Source: Marinilabilia sp. UBA5340 (lineage in GTDB: Bacteria > Bacteroidota > Bacteroidia > Bacteroidales > Marinilabiliaceae). Taken from it: a DNA stretch of 64,000 nucleotides. Shown here piece after piece: positions 10,901 through 19,650 of the stretch. Each line of letters opens with the position of its first letter. The stretch's first letter is position 1. The notes beneath the pieces are model-generated. The model made no database searches. It was not told where the DNA came from and worked only from the letters and a program-made list of their open reading frames with translations. Both the position numbers and the translations under genes were made by a program. Location: assembly GCA_002411085.1 (NCBI GenBank), contig DHQK01000129.1, positions 35,977 through 99,976 on the forward strand, read 5' to 3'.

Positions 10901-13900
10901 TTGTTGCGAATGCCGATCATGATCGATCTTACATTGGCCAGACTCGGGTTACCTTTTATTCCTACGTGGTTGTTGGGATTATCCGGGTCGGCACGGTAAA
11001 ATTTTTCATTAATGGATACTTCTGCTTCGCCCGATCGCAATGCATCATTTCGATTCAGTTTTATTTCCTGAAGCAGTTCTATTGGGAAATCAATCCGGTT
11101 TTCCTCGGGCCAAACAATATATCGGTCACTGGTGGAGTTATTGCTATAGGTTCCGGCAGGCGTTAGTTTCAGGGGAACTTCATATTCATAGTAATTGTTC
11201 TTGAAGTCCGTTCCCAGACGGATGAAAGCAACAATGTCATCATCTTCCAGGGCATAACCGGAAACCTCCTCGGCATGTACTTCCATTTTGATACGCCGGT
11301 ATTGGCGCATATCCATGTTGAGCGTTTTGTATACCGCACGGGCATCTCTTCCAGGTAGCTCGCTGGCTTTTAGGACAATGGATTGTTCATTGAGTTGTCT
11401 GATCTGCGGATTCCCGGGATCAATAACCCTGTCAATGCCCGGAGGCAGTACATAATTAACAGGTTTGCGGGTTCCGTTTTCTTCAATGTTGACGGTTGCA
11501 ACCTCGAATTGGGTGTTGGGTGAGGGTGCTACCATATCATCTATTTCAAAAAGGTCGTCAGAGTATTTTCTCCATTCTGAACGTACCAGATCCATCGTAG
11601 CAAAACGCAGAATAACCGTGTCTGTGAAATTGCGCATAAACATTCGCATGAAACGAACCGAACTTAGATCACTCAGTTCACCAATGGTGGTGTCAGGTTC
11701 ATTGACGGGTACCTTGAATTGATACCATTTCACTGAACTTGTCTCGCCGTTGGCCAGGGTCACGTTGGATTCAATTTCATCTGTGATAAAGTTTTGCCCC
11801 ACATTCATGTCTTCAGGTCGCAAACTGATGCGGTACTGGAAATAACTCTCCGTTTCACTAAGAGTGTTGTCTCTGTTGATGTCTTCACCATCGGGTAGTG
11901 TAGTCGCAGCCGTACTGTAGCTTTCATTCGAATATTCCGAGGGGATAGAGTTTCCTTCGGGATTGTTGAAATTCTTGTACCGGTCGAGGATACCTGTTTC
12001 CTGCTGATCGTAATCACTGCCGCGATGATAATGGTAGTCATCTGCGGCCGGGTCATCCATAATGTTTTGATAGGCTTCTTCAGTGAGCTGTCCTGATCCG
12101 TAGAGGTTATCAATCAGGTTGATGAATGGGTGTGGACTGTTGCGGTAAAATTCACGTTCGGTGGCCGAATTCATTCCGTTGAGTCCTACGTCCTGACTGT
12201 ATCTGGTGGCCGGATCGTTGCTGAAAGCGTTGACCAGACTTTGTTTGGTGGGAACATATCCCCATACAGTGCTGTCCACATCAAAAGGATCTTCGGGGCC
12301 GGGCAGACCTTGTTCGAAATGCTTTCTGGAATCCCGCAGAATATCTTCCGAGATGTTACCCAGGTTGATGTAGAAATCACCTCCCTGCTCGGGTCCGTCC
12401 TTGTATACAAAAGGATCCATCACCCAAAATTCGATGTACTCTACGTTGGCTGATTCAAAATCGCTTTGCTGAATCTCCCGCATGATACCTCCCCATCGCT
12501 GGTCGGGGTTTTCCAGTTTTCCGTCCCGCGTCAGATTGTCGTCAAAGTTGTATGGTCCCCGCTCGTCGGGATAATAGGCGAGGTTGAGTACAGGAATATT
12601 GGTGGGTTCGCCATACGCACTTTCACGGTATGGGAAAATTTCTTTTTCATAGATCTCTCTCACAAAATGACTGGATTGCTGGTCAGAATTTTGGCGCAGG
12701 TGTCCGGGAGTGAGATTGTTGTTTCTCAAAAACAACGGGTCAATAACATACCAGGCCAGCTTTGCTCTGTTGAATCCGTAGGAAAGATCGTTGATATTGC
12801 CTGCCTCTGGGAACATGTCCGGTTGGCCCTGTGGAGTGCTGGCCAGTTTCCATGCCGTCCAGTTCTTGATGTCAATGGGGATTTCGCTGCCTTCGAAATC
12901 ATCAATGTAGGAAGTTCCTTCTTTGTCGATGACATTGGGATGGCCTGGAATAAGCTGTGCAAATTCTCCTTCGAAAGAGATGGATGAAGGAGTGGTGGTT
13001 TCCACCAGCGGCAACTTGTCAATTAGCGAGGTTAATCCGTTGGATTCTGTGTAGTAAGAGGTGTTGAGGCCCCAGATAGTGTTAGCAATAGGCTCATCTC
13101 CGAAGGTTACCTTTTGCGTGAGAGGTCGTTCGCGCAGGTGCATCAGCGTACCGCCCACATTAAAGTCATTGTTAAACTGGTAGTTGAGGTGAGTTCCCAG
13201 GAGTGTTTTGGTTTGAAGATTGAACATCTCCTGGCTCTCCAATGAAACCTGTATGGGAGTTCCTGATTCCAGCAGCCCTTCGTTGAGGATGCGGATGCGG
13301 CCGGTGGTGTAATCGACGGAGTAGTCCTGATTTTCGGTCAATTTTATACCTCCGGCAGTAACAACTACCGACCCTTCGGGAATATTAAAGGCATTGAGCG
13401 ATATTTCGCTGCTTACTGATGATTTGTAAGTCCCTTTGAGTTTGAATTTATTCTTTTCGGCAAACTGCGATGCATTGGTGAGTGTTGAGTCGTACAGGGC
13501 ATTGAAAACATATTTGTCAATGAGTGCCTGATTTCCGGAGAGTTGCTCTTCCAAGTGTTGCCCAAATGGTTCTACCACGGGAAAAACGACCCGTCCCTGA
13601 TCAGCCAGAATGGTATACCCGGGCACGTAGTCAAAGGTGCCATCGGGATAGGGTTCCTGATTGCTGTCGAGCCGATCCAGATTCATGATGCTGATAAACA
13701 GTTCACCGTTAATCCCTCCTTCCTCAGGAGTAAGGCCTTCTGGAAAGTAATTGATGAAAGATCCTTTGGAATCGTCCAGATAAACCACATCCATGATGAA
13801 ATCTTCCGGACTAACCTGATAAGCCCCAATGGCATAAATGTTTTTCATCATCAGATCCCATGTTTTTACGCTGGGGGAGAGGAGTGTCCCTTTCAGGAGC

Positions 13901-15387
13901 TTTAGATAGAGGCTGTTGGGAGCTTCGATTCCTCCGGTGCTGAATTCTCCGACCTGATACACCTGGCCGTTATACGTATACTCATAAGCAACGGCCAATA
14001 CTTCATCGTCATCGATGGGGCTGTTGAGCGAAATGTATCCCAATTTACTGTGCAAAGTATATTGCGAACTGTTCAGCAGCCGGGCATTTTCAATTTTTTC
14101 ATACTCTCTGCTGCCCCTGAATCCCTGGGATTCAAGGACAGAAAAAGTGGTGGAAACCTGATTGATATCGCGGGCGGCTGAGTAGGTGCCGTTCATTTGG
14201 GTGTAAAGATTATTGGCATCATTGGAGGGAATGGCACCGGGTTGTGCACTCCAAAGACCCGGGTTGGTCAGGTTGTTGGCACTTTCAGCCAGATCGGCAA
14301 AAGCTATAATGTTTCTGGCTTCATCAAAGTCGTTGCTTCGGTTGGTGACCCAGACTTCAATCTTGGTAATGTTGAAAGGAGAGTTAATGACCGGTAGATT
14401 TTTCATGGCTTCATTGTAGCGCTCACGAAAATGATGGGCCAGAAAAAAATGGCGGTTTTTGTCATATTCGTCCGCGCTTATTTCAAAATCCTGCTGCTGT
14501 GCACCTCCCTGGATATCCATAGTGGAGGTTTCTCCTTTTTGCTGTGAGAAGATGGAAGTCACCGTCAGGCGTCCAAACTGCATTTCTGTTTTAACTCCGA
14601 AAAGACTTTGACTTCCGGTAATCAGTGTTCCCGGAAGTGGGAGTGTGACATTACCGGCTTCCACTTTTTGAAGAATTTCATCTTCGTGGCCGGTGTATTC
14701 CAGATTGATTTGGTTTTCGAAATCGAAGGTAGCTTCGGTGTTGTAGTTTATGCCCATGCGAAGTTTGTCACCGATGTTTCCGGTGATGTTCATCTGTATC
14801 TTTTCCTCGAAATCGAAGGTGGTTGTTTTGCGCATGCGTTCCTGCAAGGTTGGGTTGTCAATACGGGTGTGGTTAACACCTATTTGCAGCTCCGCAATCC
14901 CCTGAGGCCTGATGTTGATGGTTCCGCTCCCGAAAATGCTCTCCATCGCCTGTCCGGCTCCAAAACGGATGCCTCCGCCCTGTTCTTCATCGGGAACCAT
15001 GTTGTTGTCCCAGTAGTTGAGCATAGATTTTCGCATTTCCTGCTTGCGGTACTCTTCCACTGTCATGGTATAGGGTAGTTTTACCGGTACATTTCCCACC
15101 ATTTTATAGAGGTTGATAAGCCCGGTTACATAGTCATACTCGGCCCGGTAAGAGGTGTTTTCAGGTTGCTGAATGATCGGGGATGATTTTTCTTCCTCAG
15201 GTTTGGGCAGCTCCTGAGGATGTATCAAACGGTTAATATTAAACTGTTCGGTGGAGTCGGGTTGTTGTTGCCGGTTCCGGGGATAAGGGGATGAAGAAGA
15301 TTCCATGCCGGGAGTGGCTCCCGATATGGCCAGGAGCGAAAAGAGGGCAAGGGATATGAGTATATGTCTGATATATTTTGTGTGCAT
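7957..15387 (-). CDS. sprA: Type IX secretion system outer-membrane translocon SprA (Sov)
   Basis: 2476 aa with signal peptide; GNIGDKLRMGINYNTEATFDFEN, GSQSLFGVKT, SYIDDFEG, RAKLAWY, EVWFNELRL motifs; ruvA-sprA-gcvH synteny. Confidence 0.95.
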   Translation of the reverse strand: MHTKYIRHILISLALFSLLAISGATPGMESSSSPYPRNRQQQPDSTEQFNINRLIHPQELPKPEEEKSSPIIQQPENTSYRAEYDYVTGLINLYKMVGNVPVKLPYTMTVEEYRKQEMRKSMLNYWDNNMVPDEEQGGGIRFGAGQAMESIFGSGTINIRPQGIAELQIGVNHTRIDNPTLQERMRKTTTFDFEEKIQMNITGNIGDKLRMGINYNTEATFDFENQINLEYTGHEDEILQKVEAGNVTLPLPGTLITGSQSLFGVKTEMQFGRLTVTSIFSQQKGETSTMDIQGGAQQQDFEISADEYDKNRHFFLAHHFRERYNEAMKNLPVINSPFNITKIEVWVTNRSNDFDEARNIIAFADLAESANNLTNPGLWSAQPGAIPSNDANNLYTQMNGTYSAARDINQVSTTFSVLESQGFRGSREYEKIENARLLNSSQYTLHSKLGYISLNSPIDDDEVLAVAYEYTYNGQVYQVGEFSTGGIEAPNSLYLKLLKGTLLSPSVKTWDLMMKNIYAIGAYQVSPEDFIMDVVYLDDSKGSFINYFPEGLTPEEGGINGELFISIMNLDRLDSNQEPYPDGTFDYVPGYTILADQGRVVFPVVEPFGQHLEEQLSGNQALIDKYVFNALYDSTLTNASQFAEKNKFKLKGTYKSSVSSEISLNAFNIPEGSVVVTAGGIKLTENQDYSVDYTTGRIRILNEGLLESGTPIQVSLESQEMFNLQTKTLLGTHLNYQFNNDFNVGGTLMHLRERPLTQKVTFGDEPIANTIWGLNTSYYTESNGLTSLIDKLPLVETTTPSSISFEGEFAQLIPGHPNVIDKEGTSYIDDFEGSEIPIDIKNWTAWKLASTPQGQPDMFPEAGNINDLSYGFNRAKLAWYVIDPLFLRNNNLTPGHLRQNSDQQSSHFVREIYEKEIFPYRESAYGEPTNIPVLNLAYYPDERGPYNFDDNLTRDGKLENPDQRWGGIMREIQQSDFESANVEYIEFWVMDPFVYKDGPEQGGDFYINLGNISEDILRDSRKHFEQGLPGPEDPFDVDSTVWGYVPTKQSLVNAFSNDPATRYSQDVGLNGMNSATEREFYRNSPHPFINLIDNLYGSGQLTEEAYQNIMDDPAADDYHYHRGSDYDQQETGILDRYKNFNNPEGNSIPSEYSNESYSTAATTLPDGEDINRDNTLSETESYFQYRISLRPEDMNVGQNFITDEIESNVTLANGETSSVKWYQFKVPVNEPDTTIGELSDLSSVRFMRMFMRNFTDTVILRFATMDLVRSEWRKYSDDLFEIDDMVAPSPNTQFEVATVNIEENGTRKPVNYVLPPGIDRVIDPGNPQIRQLNEQSIVLKASELPGRDARAVYKTLNMDMRQYRRIKMEVHAEEVSGYALEDDDIVAFIRLGTDFKNNYYEYEVPLKLTPAGTYSNNSTSDRYIVWPEENRIDFPIELLQEIKLNRNDALRSGEAEVSINEKFYRADPDNPNNHVGIKGNPSLANVRSIMIGIRNNTIDMKTTEVWFNELRLSDFDEEGGWAANARVNVKLADLGSVSMAGKVNTIGFGSIEQSVNERSQEDYYQYDIATNLELGKLLGPESRLSAPMYVSVSEQVATPEYNPLDPDITMEQALDNASSKAERDSIKELSQDRTSRKSINFTNVRLKPKDTQPKIYDISNLSATYSYNESEHKDVNTEYKIDKTYRGILAYNYSSQPKIVEPFKGVKGNGLKLIRDFNFYLLPSQINYRWELLRDYSESQLRNVNNPSFKIPVSVRKDFNWNRYFEMTYNLTRSLKVDFRTTTNARIDEPTGVVNKDRYRDEYEVWKDSVMRNILSYGRTTNYQHNINASYRLPINKLPLLDWTSANLNYGAQFNWQQGPITEDEYEWGNTIRNSNTIQANTQLNFTGLYNKVDYLRNLSRPQQRSGGTQQLRYTSHSLNIEKGTPIEIEHKLNTRDVQVRIFDSNGRPVQGQTSIIDNNKISFTASRDISNARTLITGQRKTSTSPIRIVTDNVLKLATGIKNLSISYSSNNGTTLPGYLPEPGFLGNQDVRGVNAPGLPFLIGFQDRDFAMKAVENNWLTTDSTLNSPYIMTQTQDLNIRATIEPIKDLRIDVTANRRYSNNMNEYYLFNGDQFRGVFNTMESGSFSMSFNTLATAFDKVDKKGDYSSPAYEQFLENRNIIARRLGNERSGSVYPETEYYQNNNIAGLPYNPNGYPERGHNVESGVDGYNLTSREVLIPAFLAAYSGKSANNIFLETFPSLAYIKPNWRINYSGLSKIDFFKKIVKSFDISHAYTSTYSIGNYQTNLEWEENGDGLSFVRDAQDNFLAKYLISGVTITEQFAPFLQFNITWPGNFSTRAEYKKGRILNLSLNNNQLIENYNNEWVIGIGYRFDKMDMILGNSGNQTKVSSDLNLRADISMRESFSIIRKIQEASNQMTAGQKITTLKITADYVLSDRFNVQLFYDRQVNNPYISSSYPTYNTNVGVSFRFSLAQ

Positions 15388-15416
15388 TCAGAAAAATTGC
15401 GAAAATGGGTGCCGGG

Positions 15417-15998
15417 CTACAACATTTTCAGGGCCAGTTTGATGATTTCTTCAACTTTGCTGTTGGGGTTGTCCTTCAGTATCTTATCAATGGTTTTTTG
15501 AGATGGCGCTTTGGAAAAACCCAACATCACTAAAGCAGATAACGCTTCTTCAGCTTTTGTATTGTCCTGAGGCATGAGTATATTTTGTCCATCGGAGGCT
15601 TTCCCGATTTTGTCTTTTAGTTCAACGATTAGCCGCTGGGCTGTTTTAAGTCCAATGCCCTTGATGCTTTTGATCTGGTTGACATTTTCCGTTGAAATGG
15701 CTATCTGCAATTCATCTGGTGACATGGATGAAAGCATCATGCGGGCGGTGTTGGCACCAATTCCGGAGACCGATATCAGCATCTGAAACAGTTCTCGTTC
15801 TCTGGTTTCCGCAAACCCATAAAGTGAATAGGCATCCTCTCTGATATGCTCGTGAACAAAAAGACGAACTTCACTTTTGTCTTTCAATGCTTCATAAGTG
15901 AAGAGCGAGATATTGAGAAAATAGCCTATCCCATTGTTCTCAATAATGGCATAGGCCGGAGTTATTTGAGCAATTTTTCCGGAAATATATTCGTACAT
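15417..15998 (-). CDS. ruvA: Holliday junction branch migration protein RuvA
   Basis: IREDAYSLYGF, LISVSGIG, KGIGLKTAQRLIVELKDK and EALSALVMLGF motifs. Confidence 0.97.
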   Translation of the reverse strand: MYEYISGKIAQITPAYAIIENNGIGYFLNISLFTYEALKDKSEVRLFVHEHIREDAYSLYGFAETRERELFQMLISVSGIGANTARMMLSSMSPDELQIAISTENVNQIKSIKGIGLKTAQRLIVELKDKIGKASDGQNILMPQDNTKAEEALSALVMLGFSKAPSQKTIDKILKDNPNSKVEEIIKLALKML

Positions 15999-16048
15999 AC
16001 ATTTTATTTTAGGAGATCAACATTGACAAATATAGCGAAATCCACCGG

Positions 16049-17101
16049 CTATTCCTTGTGCTCATCATTGCCCCATCCCCGGGCCTTTAACTCGATCTCT
16101 TCTCCCGCGTTGGTTTCCAGTGTGTAGCCTTTGGTCTCCGGGGTGATGTGCCCGATTACAAATACATCTTTGAGGTTTTTTCCATTCAGTTCGGTTTTCT
16201 GATAATCCTCAAGTGAAATGGTGAATAATAGTTCGTAATCTTCTCCGCCGTTGAGGGCTGCTACCAGAGGGTTCATTTCCATCTCTTCGGCCAGTGCAGA
16301 TGTGGAATGGTCTATGGGAATCTTGTTTTCGTAGATGTTACATCCTTTTTCTGATGCTTTGCATAGTCGCAATAAAGCTGGTGCCAATCCTTCTCTGATA
16401 AGGCTCATGGAGGTGGGTACAATTTGAGCTTCTTCAAGTTGTGTAAGCAATTCAATGCGCGCTTCTGGTTTTAGCTGTCGTTCCAAAAGATAATCATAAC
16501 CTGAAAAGTCCGGATTGTCCTGCCCGGTTTCTGTCATAACCTTTTTTTCACGCTCCAGCAACTGAAGCCCCAGGAACGCAGCCCCCAGATCACCTGTAAC
16601 ACATATAAGGTCATTTTCTTTGGCTCCCATTCGGCTGAGTGAGAGTTTTTCCGGCACAAATCCATAAGCGGAAGTTGCGATTGAAAGACCGGTGAGTGAT
16701 GAGGAAGGACGGAAGCCCGTGAGATCGAGATCATATTTTTTGCAGGCCATTGCTACACCTTCCATGAGCAATTCCACTGCCTGTAGCGACATTTTACCAC
16801 TAAGTCCCAGTGCCATATTGATGTGGCTGGGGTGGCAACCTGCAGCGATAATATCAGAAATGCTTGCTACTACTGCCTTGTAACCAAGGTGTCTTAAGGG
16901 ATAATAGGTAAGATCAAAGTGAATTCCTTCCAGCATGAGGTTCTGCGAGGATACCATTTCTTTATCAATGCAACGAACAGCAGCGGTATCATTTTTAATT
17001 CCGCAAAGAGTGTTTTCGTGGCGTGTGGGAAAGCTTTTTTCTATATGTTCAATCAGGCCAAAAAGTCCGACTTCTGAAAGAGGTGTTATGTTTTTGCTCA
17101 T
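16049..17101 (-). CDS. Thiamine-monophosphate kinase (ThiL)-like protein with degenerate catalytic motifs
   Basis: EGIHFDLTY, LGYKAV, GDLGAAFLGLQLLEREK, GGEDYELLFT and C-terminal GW match Bacteroidota ThiL; GEF, GDD, TTD, GGD and DISDG motifs are substituted; likely ATG 17101 with TATCTTTG at 17124-17131 (minus). Confidence 0.85.
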   Translation of the reverse strand: MSKNITPLSEVGLFGLIEHIEKSFPTRHENTLCGIKNDTAAVRCIDKEMVSSQNLMLEGIHFDLTYYPLRHLGYKAVVASISDIIAAGCHPSHINMALGLSGKMSLQAVELLMEGVAMACKKYDLDLTGFRPSSSLTGLSIATSAYGFVPEKLSLSRMGAKENDLICVTGDLGAAFLGLQLLEREKKVMTETGQDNPDFSGYDYLLERQLKPEARIELLTQLEEAQIVPTSMSLIREGLAPALLRLCKASEKGCNIYENKIPIDHSTSALAEEMEMNPLVAALNGGEDYELLFTISLEDYQKTELNGKNLKDVFVIGHITPETKGYTLETNAGEEIELKARGWGNDEHKE

Positions 17102-17209
17102 AGTCTGTTTCTTTATATTAGTGCAAAGATACAAGTTACCCGGGAGAATTGAAGGTAACACATTAAATAAGTGTCAATAAGTCATACGAAAAGTAAAAGG
17201 GATGTGTAA

Positions 17210-17228
17210 ATTTAGATTTAATCTAAAT
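17210..17228. promoter_or_regulatory. Perfect 9-1-9 palindrome, putative Fur-type operator of the suf operon
   Basis: ATTTAGATT-T-AATCTAAAT, directly upstream of the -7 element TACCTTTG (17235-17242) of sufB. Confidence 0.7.
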
Positions 17229-17331
17229 GTTTGGTACCTTTGTATCCGAAATAGTTATTAAAACTTAATGATTTGAACCCTATACAGGTTGTCATTGTTT
17301 TAAAACCCCGGAACGATAGAATTTTTACGAT

Positions 17332-18780
17332 ATGTCAACAGAGCAAGATAAAATACTGGAAGAAGTAACCAAGGGGGAGTATAAATATGGGTTTTATACC
17401 GATATTGAAATGGATACCCTTCCCAAAGGTTTAAGCGAAGACGTGGTTCGGGAAATTTCCAAACGTAAAGGAGAACCTGAATTCATGACTGAGTTTCGTC
17501 TTGAGGCCTATCGCAACTGGCTCAAGATGAAAACCCCTGAGTGGGCGCATTTGAATATTCCTGAAATAGATTTTCAGGACATAATTTATTATGCTGCACC
17601 CAAAAGTAAACCAAAGCTGGATAGTATGGATGATGTGGATCCTGAGCTGAAAGCTACTTTTGATAAATTGGGAATTCCCCTTGAGGAGCAAAAGCAGCTG
17701 GCCGGTGTTGCAGTGGATGCAGTAATGGACAGTGTGTCTGTAAAAACCACTTTTAAAGAAACGCTGGCTGAAAAAGGCATAATATTTTGTAGCATTAGTG
17801 AAGCGATTCGCGAATATCCCGATTTGGTAAAGCAATATCTGGGAAGTGTGGTGCCTCCTAATGACAATTATTTTGCTGCATTAAATTCTGCTGTCTTTTC
17901 TGATGGCTCATTTGTATATATTCCCAAGGGAGTTCGCAGCCCGGTGGAGTTGTCTACCTATTTTCGCATCAATGCCATGAATACCGGACAGTTTGAAAGA
18001 ACTCTTATCGTGGCGGAAGACGACAGTTATGTGAGTTACCTCGAAGGATGTACCGCTCCCCAGCGGGATGAGAACCAATTGCATGCCGCCATTGTAGAAA
18101 TTGTAGCCATGGAGCGGGCAGAGGTGAAGTACTCTACCGTGCAAAACTGGTATCCTGGTGATAAGAATGGAAAAGGAGGAATCTATAACTTTGTGACGAA
18201 GAGAGGTCTTTGCAAAGGGGATTATTCGAAAATTTCCTGGACACAGGTGGAGACCGGATCAGCCATTACATGGAAGTACCCTAGTTGTGTGATGATGGGA
18301 GATCATTCCACCGGTGAGTTCTATTCAGTCGCGCTTACAAATAATCATCAGCAGGCCGATACCGGAACCAAGATGATTCATCTGGGGAAAAACACCAAGA
18401 GTTTGGTGGTGTCCAAAGGAATCTCCGCAGGCAAAAGTCAAAACAGTTACAGGGGACTCGTAAAGGTATCCAAGCGTGCCGAGAATGCCCGTAACTTTTC
18501 TCAGTGCGATTCCTTGTTGTTGGGTGATAAATGTGGAGCTCATACGTTTCCATACCTCGAAATCAATAACAATACTGCTAAAGTTGAGCATGAGGCCACT
18601 ACCTCAAAAATTGGGGAAGATCAGATATTTTACTGTAATCAGCGGGGTATTGATACCGAGGATGCTGTGGGGCTGATTGTCAACGGGTATGTGAAAGAGG
18701 TCATCAATAAGTTGCCGATGGAGTTTGCTGTTGAAGCACAAAAGTTGCTCGAAATCAGCCTTGAAGGTAGTGTCGGGTAA
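17332..18780 (+). CDS. sufB: Fe-S cluster assembly protein SufB
   Basis: [37 protein letters not shown] and HEATTSKI motifs. Confidence 0.98.
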   Translation: MSTEQDKILEEVTKGEYKYGFYTDIEMDTLPKGLSEDVVREISKRKGEPEFMTEFRLEAYRNWLKMKTPEWAHLNIPEIDFQDIIYYAAPKSKPKLDSMDDVDPELKATFDKLGIPLEEQKQLAGVAVDAVMDSVSVKTTFKETLAEKGIIFCSISEAIREYPDLVKQYLGSVVPPNDNYFAALNSAVFSDGSFVYIPKGVRSPVELSTYFRINAMNTGQFERTLIVAEDDSYVSYLEGCTAPQRDENQLHAAIVEIVAMERAEVKYSTVQNWYPGDKNGKGGIYNFVTKRGLCKGDYSKISWTQVETGSAITWKYPSCVMMGDHSTGEFYSVALTNNHQQADTGTKMIHLGKNTKSLVVSKGISAGKSQNSYRGLVKVSKRAENARNFSQCDSLLLGDKCGAHTFPYLEINNNTAKVEHEATTSKIGEDQIFYCNQRGIDTEDAVGLIVNGYVKEVINKLPMEFAVEAQKLLEISLEGSVG

Positions 18781-18859
18781 TGATTTAATCCTAAGAATAA
18801 AAATAACGGTTGTATAGAAAACCGGACTCATTCATCTAATCATCATAAGTTTTTGATAT

Positions 18860-19615
18860 ATGCTTTCGATAAAGAATTTACATGCCAAAATAGAGAATAA
18901 AGAAATCCTCCGGGGGATTGATCTGAAAGTTAAACCAGGCGAAGTTCACGCCATCATGGGCCCTAACGGATCAGGGAAAAGCACCCTGGCCTCAGTACTG
19001 GCCGGTAATGAAATGTTCGAAGTTAATGAAGGCTCTGTAGAATTTAATGGCAAAGACATCCTGGAAATGGCGCCGGAAGACAGAGCGCGAGAAGGACTCT
19101 TTCTGAGCTTTCAGTATCCGGTTGAAATTCCCGGTGTGAGTATGGTTAACTTTTTGCGAACTTCCCTTAATGAACTTCGAAAATATAAAGGTGAAGACCC
19201 GCTTTCGGCCAGCGAATTTCTGAAATTGATGCGAGAGAAGAAAAATCTGGTGGAGATTGATTCTGACTTGACCAACAGATCTGTGAATGAGGGATTCAGT
19301 GGTGGTGAGAAAAAGAAAAATGAGATTTTTCAGATGGCCATGCTTGAACCTAAGCTTTCCATTTTGGATGAAACAGATTCTGGGCTGGATATTGATGCGC
19401 TGCGGGTGGTGGCCAATGGGGTGAATAAACTCAAACGACCTGACAATGCCACTGTGCTGATTACCCATTACCAGAGACTGTTGGAGTATATTGTTCCCGA
19501 CTTTGTGCATGTGCTCTATCACGGACGCATTGTGAAAACCGGAGGAAAAGAACTGGCCCACGAATTGGAGGCCAACGGTTACGACTGGATTAAAAAGGAG
19601 TTTGGCGATAAATAA
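18860..19615 (+). CDS. sufC: Fe-S assembly ATPase SufC
   Basis: GPNGSGKSTL, FQYPVEIPGV, FSGGEKKKNEI and LDETDSGLDIDAL motifs. Confidence 0.98.
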   Translation: MLSIKNLHAKIENKEILRGIDLKVKPGEVHAIMGPNGSGKSTLASVLAGNEMFEVNEGSVEFNGKDILEMAPEDRAREGLFLSFQYPVEIPGVSMVNFLRTSLNELRKYKGEDPLSASEFLKLMREKKNLVEIDSDLTNRSVNEGFSGGEKKKNEIFQMAMLEPKLSILDETDSGLDIDALRVVANGVNKLKRPDNATVLITHYQRLLEYIVPDFVHVLYHGRIVKTGGKELAHELEANGYDWIKKEFGDK

Positions 19616-19650
19616 CCAGCCTGCAAGTCGAACCTTTAATTTTGAATTAA

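Noticed and set aside
7462-15998. ruvA-sprA-gcvH linkage and gcvH without gcvT/gcvP as a novel system
   Set aside because: This order is common in Bacteroidota, and stand-alone GcvH is explained by dispersed gcv genes or lipoyl relay.
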